This document shows positions 1-16,000 of a DNA stretch of 64,000 bases, one piece after another. A program made the position numbers and the translations under genes. Under the pieces are notes generated by a model. The model searched no databases, was not told the DNA's origin, and saw nothing but the letters and a program-made list of their open reading frames with translations. The DNA comes from Trichinella spiralis (Eukaryota), in contig NW_003526943.1 in the NCBI RefSeq assembly GCF_000181795.1, forward strand, positions 11,212,007-11,276,006, written 5' to 3'. Numbering within the stretch: position 1 is the first letter of the stretch; every line of letters starts with the position of its first letter.

Positions 1-326
1 TTCAATTTATTAACGGTTTTGGTGTGATTTTGTGCTGAATGAATGTCCAGTTAAATAAATATTTCAGCGTATGCGAATTTTAATTATGATTATGAATGTG
101 AAAAATTCAAAAAAACAGATGAAGAAAAGAAATGAATGATATACTTTGTAAATAATTTTTTGACAAAAATTTTGTATGAGATTTCAAATTGATTTACAGA
201 GTATGGTGGTTTTTGATTTTTGACGAATGTTGAAAATATTTTAAATTGAAAGTTTTTTTAGAAATGTAAAATTATTGAATAAAATATCGTTTGAATTCCA
301 ATCTATTCTAAGGTGTATTGTATGAA

Positions 327-2144
327 ATGTTAGGATCTTCGGGAAAAAGAACGTTGAATGTTGCGCAAGAGAATCACAGAAACGAACAGACCGTTGCGAA
401 GAAGAGAAAACCAGGTGACAATTTTGATAATGTTGCTGTTGATGATTTAAATATTTTTTTGTTTCAGAAAAGCTTTCAGCTGAACAATTCCTTCCTGAAG
501 CGGATGCATCCGATCTGTTCGTTTGCGGTGTCGGTGACATGGGCCAGTTGGGTCTGGGCGATGATGTTCGTGAATGTCACAAATTCAGGAGGGTGAAATT
601 TAACGATAGCAGTGTGAAAATCAAAATGGTAGCCGCCGGCGGATGTCACAGTTTAGTGTTGACTGATAAAAATGAGGCATGCGCATGTGCAGATTGTTGT
701 AGTTGACAAGATTGTTTATTTATTTATTTGTTGTTGTTGTTGTTGTATTCAAATTTTAGGTTCTCAGTTGTGGATGCAATGATGAAGGAGCGCTTGGACG
801 TGCAGTGTTCGAAAATGATGAAGAAGTGGATGAAGATTGTACATTTGCCAAAGTTCAATTTGATCAAGAGGACTTGAATGAGCACGGAGAAATTGCAATG
901 ATATCTGCTGGTGATAGTCATGGTGCCGCATTGACAGTCAATGGTTCAGTTTTCATTTGGGGACGTTTTCGAGTATGTATTCAATTTTGGAATTTAATTT
1001 CTATTGATCATGCGGTATATAAAATTTAGGGCAAAAATGGCGCTCTGGGATTGATGGTTGACCAGAAAACGAACAAAGTTATTAGCCAAAGCAAAACTCC
1101 TGTACTTTTGTGGTCTTACAAAAATCACAAAATTGTGAAGATCAGTTCGGGATGCAATCATTTGATGTGCCTGGATGAATCTGGAAAAGTTTGGACAATT
1201 GGAGATGGTTCGGATGGTCAGTTGGGTCGAATTTTTCGATTCGATTTCGATTTAGAATCCATACGCGTCACTCGTGAGTTTGGAAGAATTATTTTCCACT
1301 TCTCTTTTGGGAAATAATTTACTTTGGTCAAGTTGAACTTTAGGGCGTTTGTTGTCTTTGGATTGTGTTGAATTGAAGCATAAATGCAAGAATGTATTCG
1401 CAGTTGCTCAGGGATCTTTCGCAATAACCGTCGATGACAACGTCATCGTCTGGGGATTGAACGGATACGCCCAGTTGGGTGAGTATTTGAAATTCGTTTT
1501 ATTGAAATGATATGAAAACTGCCCAAGATACGTTTTGAAGAAAAATATGCACAATTGTACAATTATGCTTCAGGTTTTCCAATTGAGGGGAAAGGTAGTT
1601 TGCAAGTTGTGAAAATTCCCACACCAAGTCCTGAATTCGAATCAAACGGTCCATATGCCTGCTTTTCTGGAGAACATCATATTCTTTCCGCAAATAGACA
1701 GGGTAAATTATTTTTTATTAAAATTTTTTACAACTAATTATTATGATTTTTCACATCAGGAGAACTTTATTCTATTGGACGGGTGTGCGATGGGCGATTG
1801 GGAATTGAAAATTTACAAGCTGAAAATGATATACAGTCAACGTTGCTTCGAGTGGAAAGTTTATCCAAATTTGTACTGGGCGTCACAGCAGCTGGATCAT
1901 GTTCCTTCTGTTGGACGAGGGAAGGTAGAAGAAGAAAATTTCTCTTTTCACGTCGATGTATTATTATTATTATTTAGGCAAAGCTTATTCTTGGGGAGCC
2001 AACATTGGTGGCATGCTTGGTCTGCCAGTTGAAGAAGATCTTTCCATTACAACTCCCACTGAAATCCCTGTTCCTCAGGATTTTTCAGTAGTGCAACTGG
2101 CAGCAAGTAGCAGCATTTGCATGATGTTATGTTTCAAAAAATAA
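327..2144 (+). CDS. RCC1: Regulator of chromosome condensation (RCC1, Ran GEF); about 8 exons
   Basis: Spliced translation gives an N-terminal NLS-like KKRKP and RCC1 repeats: FVCGVGDMGQLGLG, AAGGCHSLVLTDKNE|VLSCGCNDEGALGR, ISAGDSHGAALTVNGSVFIWG, SSGCNHLMCLDESGKVWTIGDGSDGQLGR, WGLNGYAQLG, YSWGANIGGMLG. Intron 677-759 is GC-AG. Confidence 0.9.
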
Positions 2145-2892
2145 TGTCTAGTTTTATATGTATCAGTGTTACTTTCTTTTTTTTGTTTTATATTCCTCAA
2201 AGATTGCGCATGTTTAAAGTAAGGAGTAAACGCATTGCATTGTTGATTTTGTTTGTTTTGTACTTGACTAAATTTGACGTGTAATAGTAGTGACGTAACA
2301 TTAATGCATCATTCTGCAAAACATACAAAAGCAACGAATGAACAACCGGGATAGAACCGTTTCTACTAGTATAATTACGTAATCTTAAATGGATTATTTG
2401 AACCAATGAAATGAAAAAATATTTTAGCTAATCACAAGTTAGAGGTTTGAATCAATGAGCACTTAGACAAGGCAAACCAATAAAACAACGACATGAACAT
2501 CCAATAAAATAGCGCGGTTAACGACCAGTAAGAAAACGAGGTCAAAATTTTACCCGAACTGGACCAAACCTTAATAAGACATTTTCAATTTTTTCAAATT
2601 TCAGTAACATTTTTATTATTTTTTTTTGTTAAAGGTAAATATAATTTTCTGTGGAAATAAATTCTACATTGTAAATTTCAAGTTGTCTGTACGTGTTCAT
2701 TTACTTTTTTGAATCAATTTGTCAATTCATTTATCCATCAGACAAATATTGCATTTGTTCTATGAATTTTTCAACATTCATTATTTTGGACATTAAAATG
2801 AAAATCTTTACTGGTTGAAAAATCAGTTTCAGCTGATTTTTATTTGCTACTTGTTTATCAGTTTTCATACTGTGCAATTGTTTTTCCCAAAA

Positions 2893-4201
2893 ATGGAAGC
2901 AGATCTTGTGAAGGTGAATTTATTTTTAAATCCGTATTTATATTTTTTGCTATCAGTGAGATTTTAATAAAAATGATGATTTTAATCATAATTATAACTT
3001 TTGTTAATCGATATTAAATGTGATTTCATTTAAAATTTTATGTTGTAAAATTTTGTTGAAATTATAATCATGCAGTGGTTTGTTGAATTTTATGTTTCTT
3101 ATTCTCAAAATTTGCCCTTAACACGGATATTGTTGATATTTCAAGAAATATTTGTCTATTTTAGGAATTTGAAGAAGTTGCGGAACAAGTGCGGCGATTG
3201 AAATCCCGCCCAACTGACAATGAGCTGCTTGAATTATATGCCCTGTACAAGCAATCAACTGTTGGTGATGCTTCAGAAGGTAAGAAAAAATTCACATACA
3301 AGTCCAAGCAAGCAAAACCGATTTCTTTTCTTCTTTTTTTATTGCTAACATGAACGTTCAATGTTAATCTTATACTGAAAATATATTTTGACCGAGTCTG
3401 ATGAAAATAATGGTGTAATTTGAATATTTTATTCTTGAAACATCTCGACATTTAATAACTTATATTTGATTTAAAGTTCATTTAGTTTTGTCAGTTTTGA
3501 ATCATTTTACATACAATGATAAGCTATTAGAAAAATTTATATACGTATTTATTGATAATAATAATTATTTAATCGCATTCTTGTGAAGCAGTAAATGTTT
3601 TATTTGTTACTTGAAATTTCAAAGTGATTTATTACAAATGTCAGCAATGTTAACACTAGTTGTGATACTGTCGTTTGCTTTAGAAAATTTACAAATTTAG
3701 CGTGCTTTATTTGACAGATTCAACGAAGCAAATGCCTTTAGAGCATAGTCATAGTTGGCAGATTAGTCATAGCATAGTCATAGTTGTCAGCTTTTCTTCT
3801 GTAATAGAAAATAATTTTTTAATTACATTTATTGAATGTAGTATCTTGCATCAGTTTTATCTCGCATTAAAAAATTATGTCAGTGAAAAGTCAATTCTGT
3901 AATTAGAAATTATAAAGTTGCAATTTAAGTTCGGTGATGGCTTTGTGAAATGAAGTTGATTTTTTAAAACTTTAAATATTTCAATTGATGTTTAAATGTT
4001 TTTTAAGAAAAACCGGGAGTGTTTGATTTTAAAGGAAAATCCAAATGGGATGTGTGGAGAAAGAGAAAAGGTAAAAAAGGAAATAAATTATTGTTGTTCA
4101 ACTGTATCGAATTTTATTTAGGTATGTCCAAAACCGATGCTATGAAAGAATATATTAAAAAGACCAAGCAAATTATCAACAAATATGGAACAGATTTATG
4201 A
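2893..4201 (+). CDS. ACBP: Acyl-CoA-binding protein (ACBP/DBI family); 4 exons
   Basis: Exons at about 2893-2913, 3165-3279, 4008-4070 and 4122-4201 translate to MEADLVK|EFEEVAEQVRRLKSRPTDNELLELYALYKQSTVGD...KPGVFDFKGKSKWDVW...GMSKTDAMKEYI, the canonical ACBP motifs. Confidence 0.93.
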
Positions 4202-4524
4202 TTTTGAAAGTTGTATTAAAAATTGTTCCATTTTTTGAAATAAGTGTACTGTTTGTATTAAGAGTGTGAAAAAATTATTAATTTCAAAACTGCATCTACC
4301 AACATTGACAGGTAAAGTTCGTAGAAAATCAATTGGTGCAGCTGTTTATTCAGTTAACAGTTTTCTGGTATCTGTGACATGTTATACAACACGAACATAT
4401 GAACATTTAATTTTCTTCACTGAAAATATTTTGACAGTGGCAGCATCTTTTGAAAATAATTTGTTTACCGTATTTTTTGTTTGTTTGTTTTTCATTATCT
4501 TTTTGCGTGAAAATAATTATTATT

Positions 4525-5942
4525 TCAAATTTTGGTCGACGTTGCCATGGTGAGGCGACTCAAGGCTACGGCTGTTAAAATTAACAATAAAGCCTGGAAA
4601 AATTATCATAATTTATCATTGAAATATTCGTGTGAATAATTATTATGAGATCTTACTTTGAACACGTTCGGACCTGTGATGAAAAACCACTTCTCAATGC
4701 CTATACCGACCGGCAGGTCTCGAAAAGCTTGTTCGTAAAATGTTACCACAGAAAAGCACTATAAATTCAATTGCATAATTTAAAATAAAAAACAACATAA
4801 TTCTACAGAATCCTACGTCTTGTTCCCAGTGCAAATTGATACTGCTTATTTTCTGCATGTGGTAAAAGATGTAGCTTGCCTGAAAAGAGAGAAGACAAAA
4901 TTGGACAAACAGAACAATTCACGACAACTGTCTATACCTGACGACAAATAAAAGTTGATAATAATGTAAAAGTGAGCAGCTGCAAGCCGAGAAAACAGGC
5001 GCACAGACATGTGAATAGTTTGTCGTATGCGCTGAAATTGGTGACAAAATTACTGCCAATCAAAGCGTTCGTATGCAAAATTGCAAGCGCCGTTTGGCAT
5101 GTCAGACTGATGCCGATCAACGGTGCGAAAGTGCTGTTCAAGCTGACGTTGGCTAATTTCAAACGACCATGCACTGACAAGTAGTGCTTCACCAACGCCA
5201 ATTGCCAGCAGTTTCTGTCCGATCTAAGATCGACGTTGAGAGCGTGAAATTCCGTCGCCAGCATCGTATATTGTCCAATCAGTAACGTGTTGGCCAATGT
5301 CCACAGTACGGCCGAATGGATGATCGCCAGCAACAGTGGCACTGGTTGGAATGGGCCACTGTTGGAATAGTAGAAGTATATGGCAAAATATGCGATCCAG
5401 AGCAGAGCTTGCAAAGCGGCGGTGCAGAGCAGGGTCGTCTGCACCGCTTTGAGACGTTTGCGTTGACGTGCCAGGCCGATTCCAAGCGTGGCCGCTTGGA
5501 GCCGTGAGGCAAATTTCCTCAGCACCGGCCCGCTTCTCAGTTGGACTGTGGCCAAAAATAGCGCAGAACTGGCAAATTGGATTACAACAATTAGCTGGGT
5601 GGTGAGGTGCAAGAAAAATGGATCCGGGCCACGTTGCCACCAAAATTTCACCAACGATATTGTCATCGTGCACAACAACACTGCCCAGTAGAACAGCGCA
5701 ACTGTTGCGTGCAGTCGACGCAGCCAACGGAAACGGCTCGACTGTATGTTGTAGCTTAGCCAAAAGCCGCTCAATTTCCAAACTGTTCTCAACGATTTCG
5801 TGAGTTCATCGATGAGACGTCTCGCGTTCAGAGTCTCCCCATCGTGCTGCTGTGCTCGACGTCTGCCGCTTGTTGTTGTGGTCGCCTGTTGCCTTCTTGA
5901 ACGGTCATTGTACGTCAGCCATTCTGACTTTTCTATCTGCAT
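4525..5942 (-). CDS. Gustatory-receptor-superfamily (7TM chemoreceptor, GUR/GRL-like) membrane protein; 4 exons
   Basis: A long hydrophobic first exon (5942-4938) is followed by three short exons joined by phase-0 introns (4879-4817; about 4758-4657, ...DLPVGIGIEKWFFITGPNVFK; about 4593-4525, ALLLILTAVALSRL...). This is the typical GR-family C-terminal exon layout. The family call rests on topology and exon structure only. Confidence 0.65.
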
Positions 5943-6964
5943 CGACACTTTTAATCTAAATTCAAACAATTTACAATTTGTTCCTCTTTTTCTTTAATTT
6001 TTTACGATATACTGTAATTCTTTTTTTTACTTTTTTTCATACAAATACAATTTTGAAATACGATTGTTTTTGAAAATAGAAAATAAAAATAATTATTATT
6101 TACACATGTAGTACCTAAATAATTGTTTTTAAAATTTTAAATTCTCATTCAGTTCCATTCGTATCTTTCGACAATGGTCAATATCTGTTTGTTTATTCAG
6201 GTTCACTAATCACTAATCAGTAAAGTTGATTTCAATGAAACATTTTTACAGGGGAAAGAAAAATATTAATTTTTATGAAAAAAATAAAAGTATGAATTAA
6301 TTAACAACAAGTTTATTTAATTTTACAAAAAACAAAGAAAAACGACTACTTTAAATGCATAATCTTAATAATTATGTTTACAATTTTATAATTTGATTTT
6401 TCCTCCTATCTTAATACAATGTAAATATTGAGATTATGCAAAGATTCAGAAACATTTTGAAAAATATATATTTCAGACTTACTTTTCGCTTGTTCCAGGT
6501 GTTCAGTGTTGATGTAAATTTTTACGACAACAGCTACAACAAAAATGGTGCAATGGAATTCGAATATCAGAACAGCTAATTCAATTATCTTCTTTCATCG
6601 GTTTATGTATTATTCAAAAGGGTAAGTTTATTTTGATTAATTTTCCATTTGGCAATTAAATTTATTAAAGTGCTAAGAATTAATCAACCAGTAAAGATGT
6701 TCAATTCAATTCAACACTTTAGCAATTTACTTGAGTTGTTTTTTTCAAAAGTGAAGAAAAACAACAATACATTTTACAAATTGAATACAATACAAACAAT
6801 TATTACAAATTATTATTGATTATCAATTAAACAATCTTACCTGTTGTTGTTGTCGTTGTTATTGTTGTTTTGTTTTAAATTTCGGTAACTGTTCATATTG
6901 GCATATTAATTATGTACCAGAAAAGGTTAAAATTTTATTATTATTTCAAAATGGTTGGTTGAAA

Positions 6965-7047
6965 CTGATACTACAACAGCAACTACTACTAAAACTATCC
7001 CTACTACTATTACTACTATTACTAATAATAATAATAATAATAATAAT
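6965..7047. repeat. Imperfect (ACT)n/(AAT)n microsatellite
   Basis: Runs of ctactact followed by aataataat... are directly visible. Confidence 0.85.
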
Positions 7048-8151
7048 GTTAATATTGCATTGATGTAAAATTTAAAATGAAAGACCAAATCTTACATAAC
7101 GATGTCATTTATAGCAATAAAAAGTTTTTGTCAGTCTAATCGCTTTTGAATTGCAAAATTTCGATTCGTTCTAGAAACATTTGAATTGATTGATTGGAAG
7201 AAGAAGATGTAGAAGTAGAATCTGAAAAAGAATCCATCTATTGTCTTGTGGTTCCTATTGGCACTGTCATTGGAGCGGATGAATCATTGTTGCTTGGAAT
7301 GAGCAGAACAGTAGAATTATCTCAGATTAAGGTTGCTTATTTTTGTATGCTTTCAGTTTTTAAAATTGAAGTCCACTTTGTCGTTCGATTCGAGGATTAT
7401 AAATCGATTTTCATTTGCACAGCAGAATGATTTGTAAAAATTTTATCTTCAGCAATCTTTCCAAATTTGACAGCATATTCCACTGACGTCTGCTGATGTT
7501 GATCAAAATTCCAATAATTTCTCAACCATTACTGGCATATTTCTCAACTTGTGCATGTAAATTCTATGTTTAATTGGTTGCAAAGAAATATTTTCATTCC
7601 TCAAATAATTCACTTTAATTTTGCAAATCAAAAATAACTAACTATTTCAAATTGATGACGAAGAATCTCTTTTGAAAATAAAATTTAAATTTTGCATTGT
7701 TAATATTGTTAAGCAATTCAAACAACCGAATAATTCTTAAACCAATTTGTACATTGGTGAATTCACCTTTATATTGTATTTTTTATTATAAACCAACCAT
7801 TTGCTTCACTTTTTATCCCGATCTATACAGTATGGTTGTTGTTGGGTTTTAAAAGTTTTATATTTTTAATGGTTGATTATATTATGCTCAAAAAATGAAT
7901 TTGATATTCAAATCCTGAAGTGTTGAAATTTGATCGGCAGAAGTAAAGCAAGTTTCTTTTCTTTATTCATCGAATCTGAGCTCGTTCAGAGTTTAGATTA
8001 AGTAATTAGGTATTTCGATTTGTTTATTTCATTATTCATAAAGCATCATAAAATTTGCGTGTTAAGTTGGAAAGTTGAACTGAAATTGAAGAATAAAGTA
8101 ATTTTTGTTTCATGTTCATATACTGCCATATAAAACTATATTTATTATATA

Positions 8152-8907
8152 CAGGCATATCCCGCTTAACGCTCTTAGTCCGTTCCTGAAAAGAGAGCGT
8201 TAAGCGAAACAGCGTTGTTATAGCATGTGTTTATAGTACATCCGTTCCAATCAAAAGTCAGAATATATACGGCAAAATTTATTTGAAATATTCATTAAAA
8301 TGTTTACATACTTTTCGGTTCATATTAATCATTGTGATGATAGACCAGGCTTTGATTTCTCAACCTTAGGTATCTTGGTGATAAAACTATCAAGCGTTAA
8401 CTGTCTCACCTTACAGTTTTCTTTCATGTAGAATTTCTTGATAACAACATATCATTTCAAGAACATCCTGTCTTGCTTTGTAACTTCGTTCATCCTCAGG
8501 ATCTTGTTCTATGAACAGGTCCATGATTTCTGTAATGTTGGTGATGCTGTTCTTGGGGAATTCTGCTATTACAGTTCTCAAAGGCATAATATCCTCTCTT
8601 GAATCAACGACTGTTGGCGTTTATTATCAGTGCATAAACTCTGCCAGTTGTTTCAAGTCATTATATGAGGCCGTCGTTATGAGATAGTGAATACAGCACA
8701 CCAAAAATACATGACCGAATATATGAAATCTAATAGAATCCAAGCCAGTTATCGTAAATGATTCATAAAATATATGAAATAACTCAAGTAGCATGATGTA
8801 ATAAAATCGTTTCAGTGCTGTTAAAAATGTTCAGCTAAATTTCTCGCTTTGAGGAAAAATGAGTGACGTGACATGCGAAAAAAACAGCGTTAAGCGGGGT
8901 ATGCCTT
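8152..8907 (-). mobile_element. Non-autonomous Tigger/pogo (Tc1-mariner superfamily) DNA transposon remnant
   Basis: 22-bp TIRs: CAGGCATATCCCGCTTAACGCT (8152-8173) matches the reverse complement of 8886-8907 at 20/22 positions, with TA on both flanks. A subterminal inverted repeat lies at about 8163-8206. The minus strand at about 8535-8375 reads DLFIEQDPEDERSYKARQDVLEMICCYQEILHERKL*/RQLTLDSFITK, which resembles a Tigger transposase C-terminus. Confidence 0.85.
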
Positions 8908-9656
8908 TATACGTAATGGCAGTGAGTAATTTGAGGAAATGTAAATAAGTAGATATTTTCTTTTATAAGAAGCAAAAGCATTGCTGTTTCTTTGATCCGC
9001 ATAAAATTAATTGAGACAAATTCACCAACGGAAAGGTTTTTCTTCTCAACATTTTATTAAGAAGCATAATAATTTTTGTCTGTTTTCCAATTTTGAAATA
9101 TTATTTAAGTTTATTTAAAAGTAAAATGGGAAGCTTAAATTTACTGTTCAAAACTCTTCAAAATTTAGTAAACAAAAAATCGAAAGTTTGAATTTTTAGA
9201 AAAAAGTTTCAATTTTGACCAGTTAATGGTCAAAAAATAAAATTTCAGTTCATATTAATAGTAGTATATTTATTTTGTGATAGTTTTGAAAAAAAACGCA
9301 TTATCAATTTTCAGATGCTTCTTCAACAGCATGCTTGGAAGCCGTTGACATAGCTATTTGCAATGCTATCTTTGATTAATAAATACGTTGAATTAACTTA
9401 TCTAATCAACATTGCATGAATAATCATTCTTTTTGGCAAGCAATTTTCTAAAGCACATTCACTTGAAACTTCATTTATCGAATGCGTGTCTCTTCAACGA
9501 TCATTCATTGAAGAAATCATTTTACTGTCATCGAAAATATCGTTAAATCGTCATGATCTCTCTTTAAAAAAATATTTCTACAGTTTAAACAATATGTATA
9601 AAACTTGATTATATTTAAATTGAGTCATTGTTTTGTAATCCTTAAGTGTTGAATAA

Positions 9657-12084
<2,428 letters not shown>

Positions 12085-13024
12085 TTTCATTACATCGTAA
12101 GACTTTGTTTGAATCTTAAAATTAAAGAAATATTTTTGAATAGTTATTAATTTTAATGCATTACAATGGGAACAGTATTATCCATCAGGTATTATACTGG
12201 TACAACCTTAAAAATTGTTTCTTAAGATAAAATTCAAAATGTTTAAAGTGAACGTATCTGAATAAACAGTATAAGTTGAAATGATTATTTATTTATGCAG
12301 TAAATAATGGCAATTACTGATATTTATGAATGTTATGTGAAGTAATTATTCAATGCAAAAGATGAATAAATGAATTTATTTATTTTGCCAATTATAATAA
12401 TTGCAAAGTTTATATTTTTGTTTTTTAGTTTTATGTGAAAATATTAGAATATATTTGATAAGATCATAAGAATCTTTGATGAATAAGCAAATTATTGCAT
12501 TGTTTTTGGTTGCATGCGTTTCAGTGTGGTATCGATGATGTGATGTGGTTCTTTTTACATGGGTCGATACTATTTGTGAAAGTTGTTTACATGTTTAGTG
12601 GGCATTTGAATAAATAAAAAATTCTATGCCGGTTGTATGTTCAGCGAATTAGCCAGTTGAATTCTCGTTTCTACATTTTATCAAAGCATAAAAATAAAAA
12701 TAAAATGCATATGTTAATTCAACATGTCGAAACATGTAGAAAGAAATGTTGTTTTGGTAATAATTGGAATATATATGTATTCCATTTAATAAGCTCAATT
12801 CCCACGCCCAACAGCCAAACAGGCCAACGACGAAACGTCCGCAAGTTCCTTCTTGAACTATTTCCAAATAACCACATGGTCACATGTTGACTTAATCCTC
12901 ACTCTGCTGTTTGAATAAATATTTGCCCTGGCCAGTAGCACTGGCATTTGGAGAACCGTCTGAAACGTTAGCTGAGAAAACGATACAGGGAGAAACTTTA
13001 CCGTATATTTTAGTTTCGTTTCAA

Positions 13025-16000
13025 ATGGTCAACGTGAACTGTTCTCTGATTGTTTTATTTTTCACTTACGGTGCAGTTTTTGGTGGCAATATTGCCTTGG
13101 AACAATGTGCCTCTGATCAACTACCGGCAGAAAAAACTGCAGCTGCAATCATTACATTAATACTGGATGTTCGACGAACTTTACACAACCATGGTGCGTT
13201 TTGTGCATGCTAACTTTTATACATTTATAAGTTAAAAATGAAAAAGCGACACATATGCATATCTAGAAAAGCTAAGCGAAAAGCGTTGAAAGATCCCATT
13301 TCAAATCATTTGCAGCAACATGCATTTGCAAAAATGCAGAGGCAGTTGATATTTTTATGCAAACAACAAATGCACTATTGGAAAATAAGCTCAAATTTAA
13401 AAAATTCACTTTCATCCGCATGTTATCTTAATTATGCAAATATGTTTGAACTAAAATATTAGAATTGGCAAAAACGTTTTAAATACAATGACAATTGTTT
13501 TACAGTAATTCCATTCATGCAAATTTATGTAATATTTATGCTTTAATTTATGAATAACGCATGCAAGAAAACCGGTGCATAGATTTAAAAGCACATTTGA
13601 TTAGCTTTGATACTTTTTATTATATTTTCACGATCGGTTTTTTTGTTGTTTTATTTATTAATTCTTTGAATGGGTGTGGCATTGCACAAATATAAATAAA
13701 ATGAGAAAACAACCATTGTTTATTTATAATAAATAGTTATTTTCAATAATAATGCTGTTGATTATTGTTTATTATGGAAACTGATTTTAAACGTCAAATC
13801 TTTTTTTCATTATTACAATGGGAATGGACTTTATGCAGTCAGGTTTAAGAAAACTAGAAAGTTTGAACGGTGTCACTTCCTCATGCACTGATCCTCTTAT
13901 TTCTGTAATTGGTAGATAACTGAGGCAATTTGGGTTTATGGTGCTAAAGTCACTATTTACCATAGCTGGTCAAACAACGCTTTTCCCACCAAAGGGTAAG
14001 TTCCATCCAGTCTGACATCAGTAAAATTGTCTTCATGTATGAAGAACAACTTTTCACTCGAAAAAGATAAAATTCGGAAAAAAAATTAAATAATTGATTT
14101 TCTGTCAGAATCTTTATTTATTTTTCATTTTTGAAATAAATAAAAAAAATTTTTTTTTAAATATTCTAGAAAATATTTCAAAAACTTCAGATGATATAAA
14201 ACAAAATTTTCAGATGGACCATCATGCGGTACAGTTTCTGAAGAAGGACTTCAAATTGAAGAAATTGCTCAATGGGTAATAAAGATTTTAAATCAAGCCT
14301 CAGGAACCGTGTTTGGGTTGCCAGTTTCAGACTCATTTATTCCTGGAATTGAACTAGGTATTAAGATATATGTTTTTTAAAACAATCATACAGTTTAATG
14401 ATTTAATTTTAATTTTCGCAGGATTGCAAGTGTTAGATACTTGCGGAATTGCTAGTCGAGCAATTCGACTTTCAGCGGAAGCATTTTCAGATTTGCAATC
14501 TCCAAAGCACAAATGTACTTTCAATGATACACGAATAAGTTTAGGTAAGTTGACAGAATTTTTAAAGACATTTTTACATATTTAATAAACACAACGCTGT
14601 CATGAAGAAGATAATATTTATTTTATTACCCTGAAAAGTAATTTGCAACAGCAATACTTATTTAATAATTACCAATTAATGGGCAATTATTGAAAAGAAA
14701 AATTAACTTTTTTTCAGGCGTGATTGTCAAAGCAGATGACTCTACGATGCATCACTTGGTTGATTTTTTTCATCAGTACAAAAAATCTGTTATTGGACTT
14801 GGTTCCAGATCAAATATGCTGAAGCAAAAGCAAGTATTTACCGTTCAACCTGATATAGATACAATAGTCCAGGTATTTAATATTTTATTAAAGAACAAAC
14901 AAAATTATCATAATTTATACACAATTTTCTAGGCTATACTGAAAACAGCGGAAGCAATGGAATGGAAACATTTGTGGCTAATTTATGAAAATACTGATTA
15001 TGGCAATGAAGGGAAAACGCTGTTGACGAATATATCCGCTCAGCAACAATCAATATGCATTTTGGGAACGGAGCAATTTTCTCATGGAACGAATTCAAAT
15101 GCAAATATTAAATTAATATTAGAGAAAATATTATCCAAAAAAGAAGATTCATATTTAATAATTTTGTTCATGTCCAGACCAGTTGCTCTTCAATTTTTGC
15201 AGGTTAATTTTTTGCGAACATTTTTCAATTAAAATTTAATGCTTTGTGTTTAGGCAGCTTTTGAGGAAGAGCTGATCGCCGACAGCCGCCGCATGAAATG
15301 GATAATGTCAGATGGATTTGACGGATCTTTTGTCGATATTTTTGACCTTAGCAAAGGTGTGATTGCAATTTCTGACGAAAATCCATACAGGGTTCCAGAA
15401 TTTTTGTCACACTGGACTGAAACTGATCCAAAGGAACATTCTAAATTCTGGTATAAAGAATTTTATCAACATCGTCATAAATGTCGATTAGAAGGTAATT
15501 CAAATATTAAAAAATATTTTTTTATTAATAAAATTATATACAACAATAATAAATTAAAATGGCTTTATGCAATATCTTTTAAGCTTTTTATTCTGCTTTT
15601 TTTAATTACGGAAAACTTACAGAGACGAAATAATTTGATTTTAAATTATTTTGTGTCAAATCAATTAATGAAATTGAATATTTTGATATTTAATATTTTA
15701 AATTTTAACGATATTATACATTTGATTAGAATATATTTCATTAATACTTTTCCTGTAAATAGAAGAGAATATAACAACAACTTTGTTATATTAAAATTTG
15801 TTTCCAAAAAGCAAATATGTCAATACATGTGAAACTAAGTGTATATTTTTTTGAAATTTGTAATATTATTTCAGATGACACAAATCCGGCGTTTTATCGA
15901 TTTGGAATTTGCAAGAATAAAAAATCAGCAATAAACCACACTGATTCTGAATTATTTTTAACTCCTTCAGCGGTTCACGTCGTTGATGCAATTTTCACCT

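Noticed and set aside
3743..3790. Direct repeat of GCATAGTCATAGTTG in ACBP intron 2
   Set aside because: A two-copy local slippage duplication. It is not a CRISPR-like or otherwise structured array.
5224..5781. 185-aa overlapping ORF and several antisense ORFs within the GR-like gene
   Set aside because: They are alternative-frame by-products of a GC-rich exon with no recognisable motifs.
6499..6621. Exon-like segment with an ATG (MVQWNSNIRT...) and a strong gtaagt donor, as a possible HPD first coding exon
   Set aside because: Its phase-2 end hits stops at each downstream acceptor I tested (7175, 9315, 9685), and HPD has a fitting ATG at 9657. At most it is a UTR or non-coding exon.
7194..7430. 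78-aa acidic ORF
   Set aside because: TTG start, no homology that I recognise and no consistent splice context.
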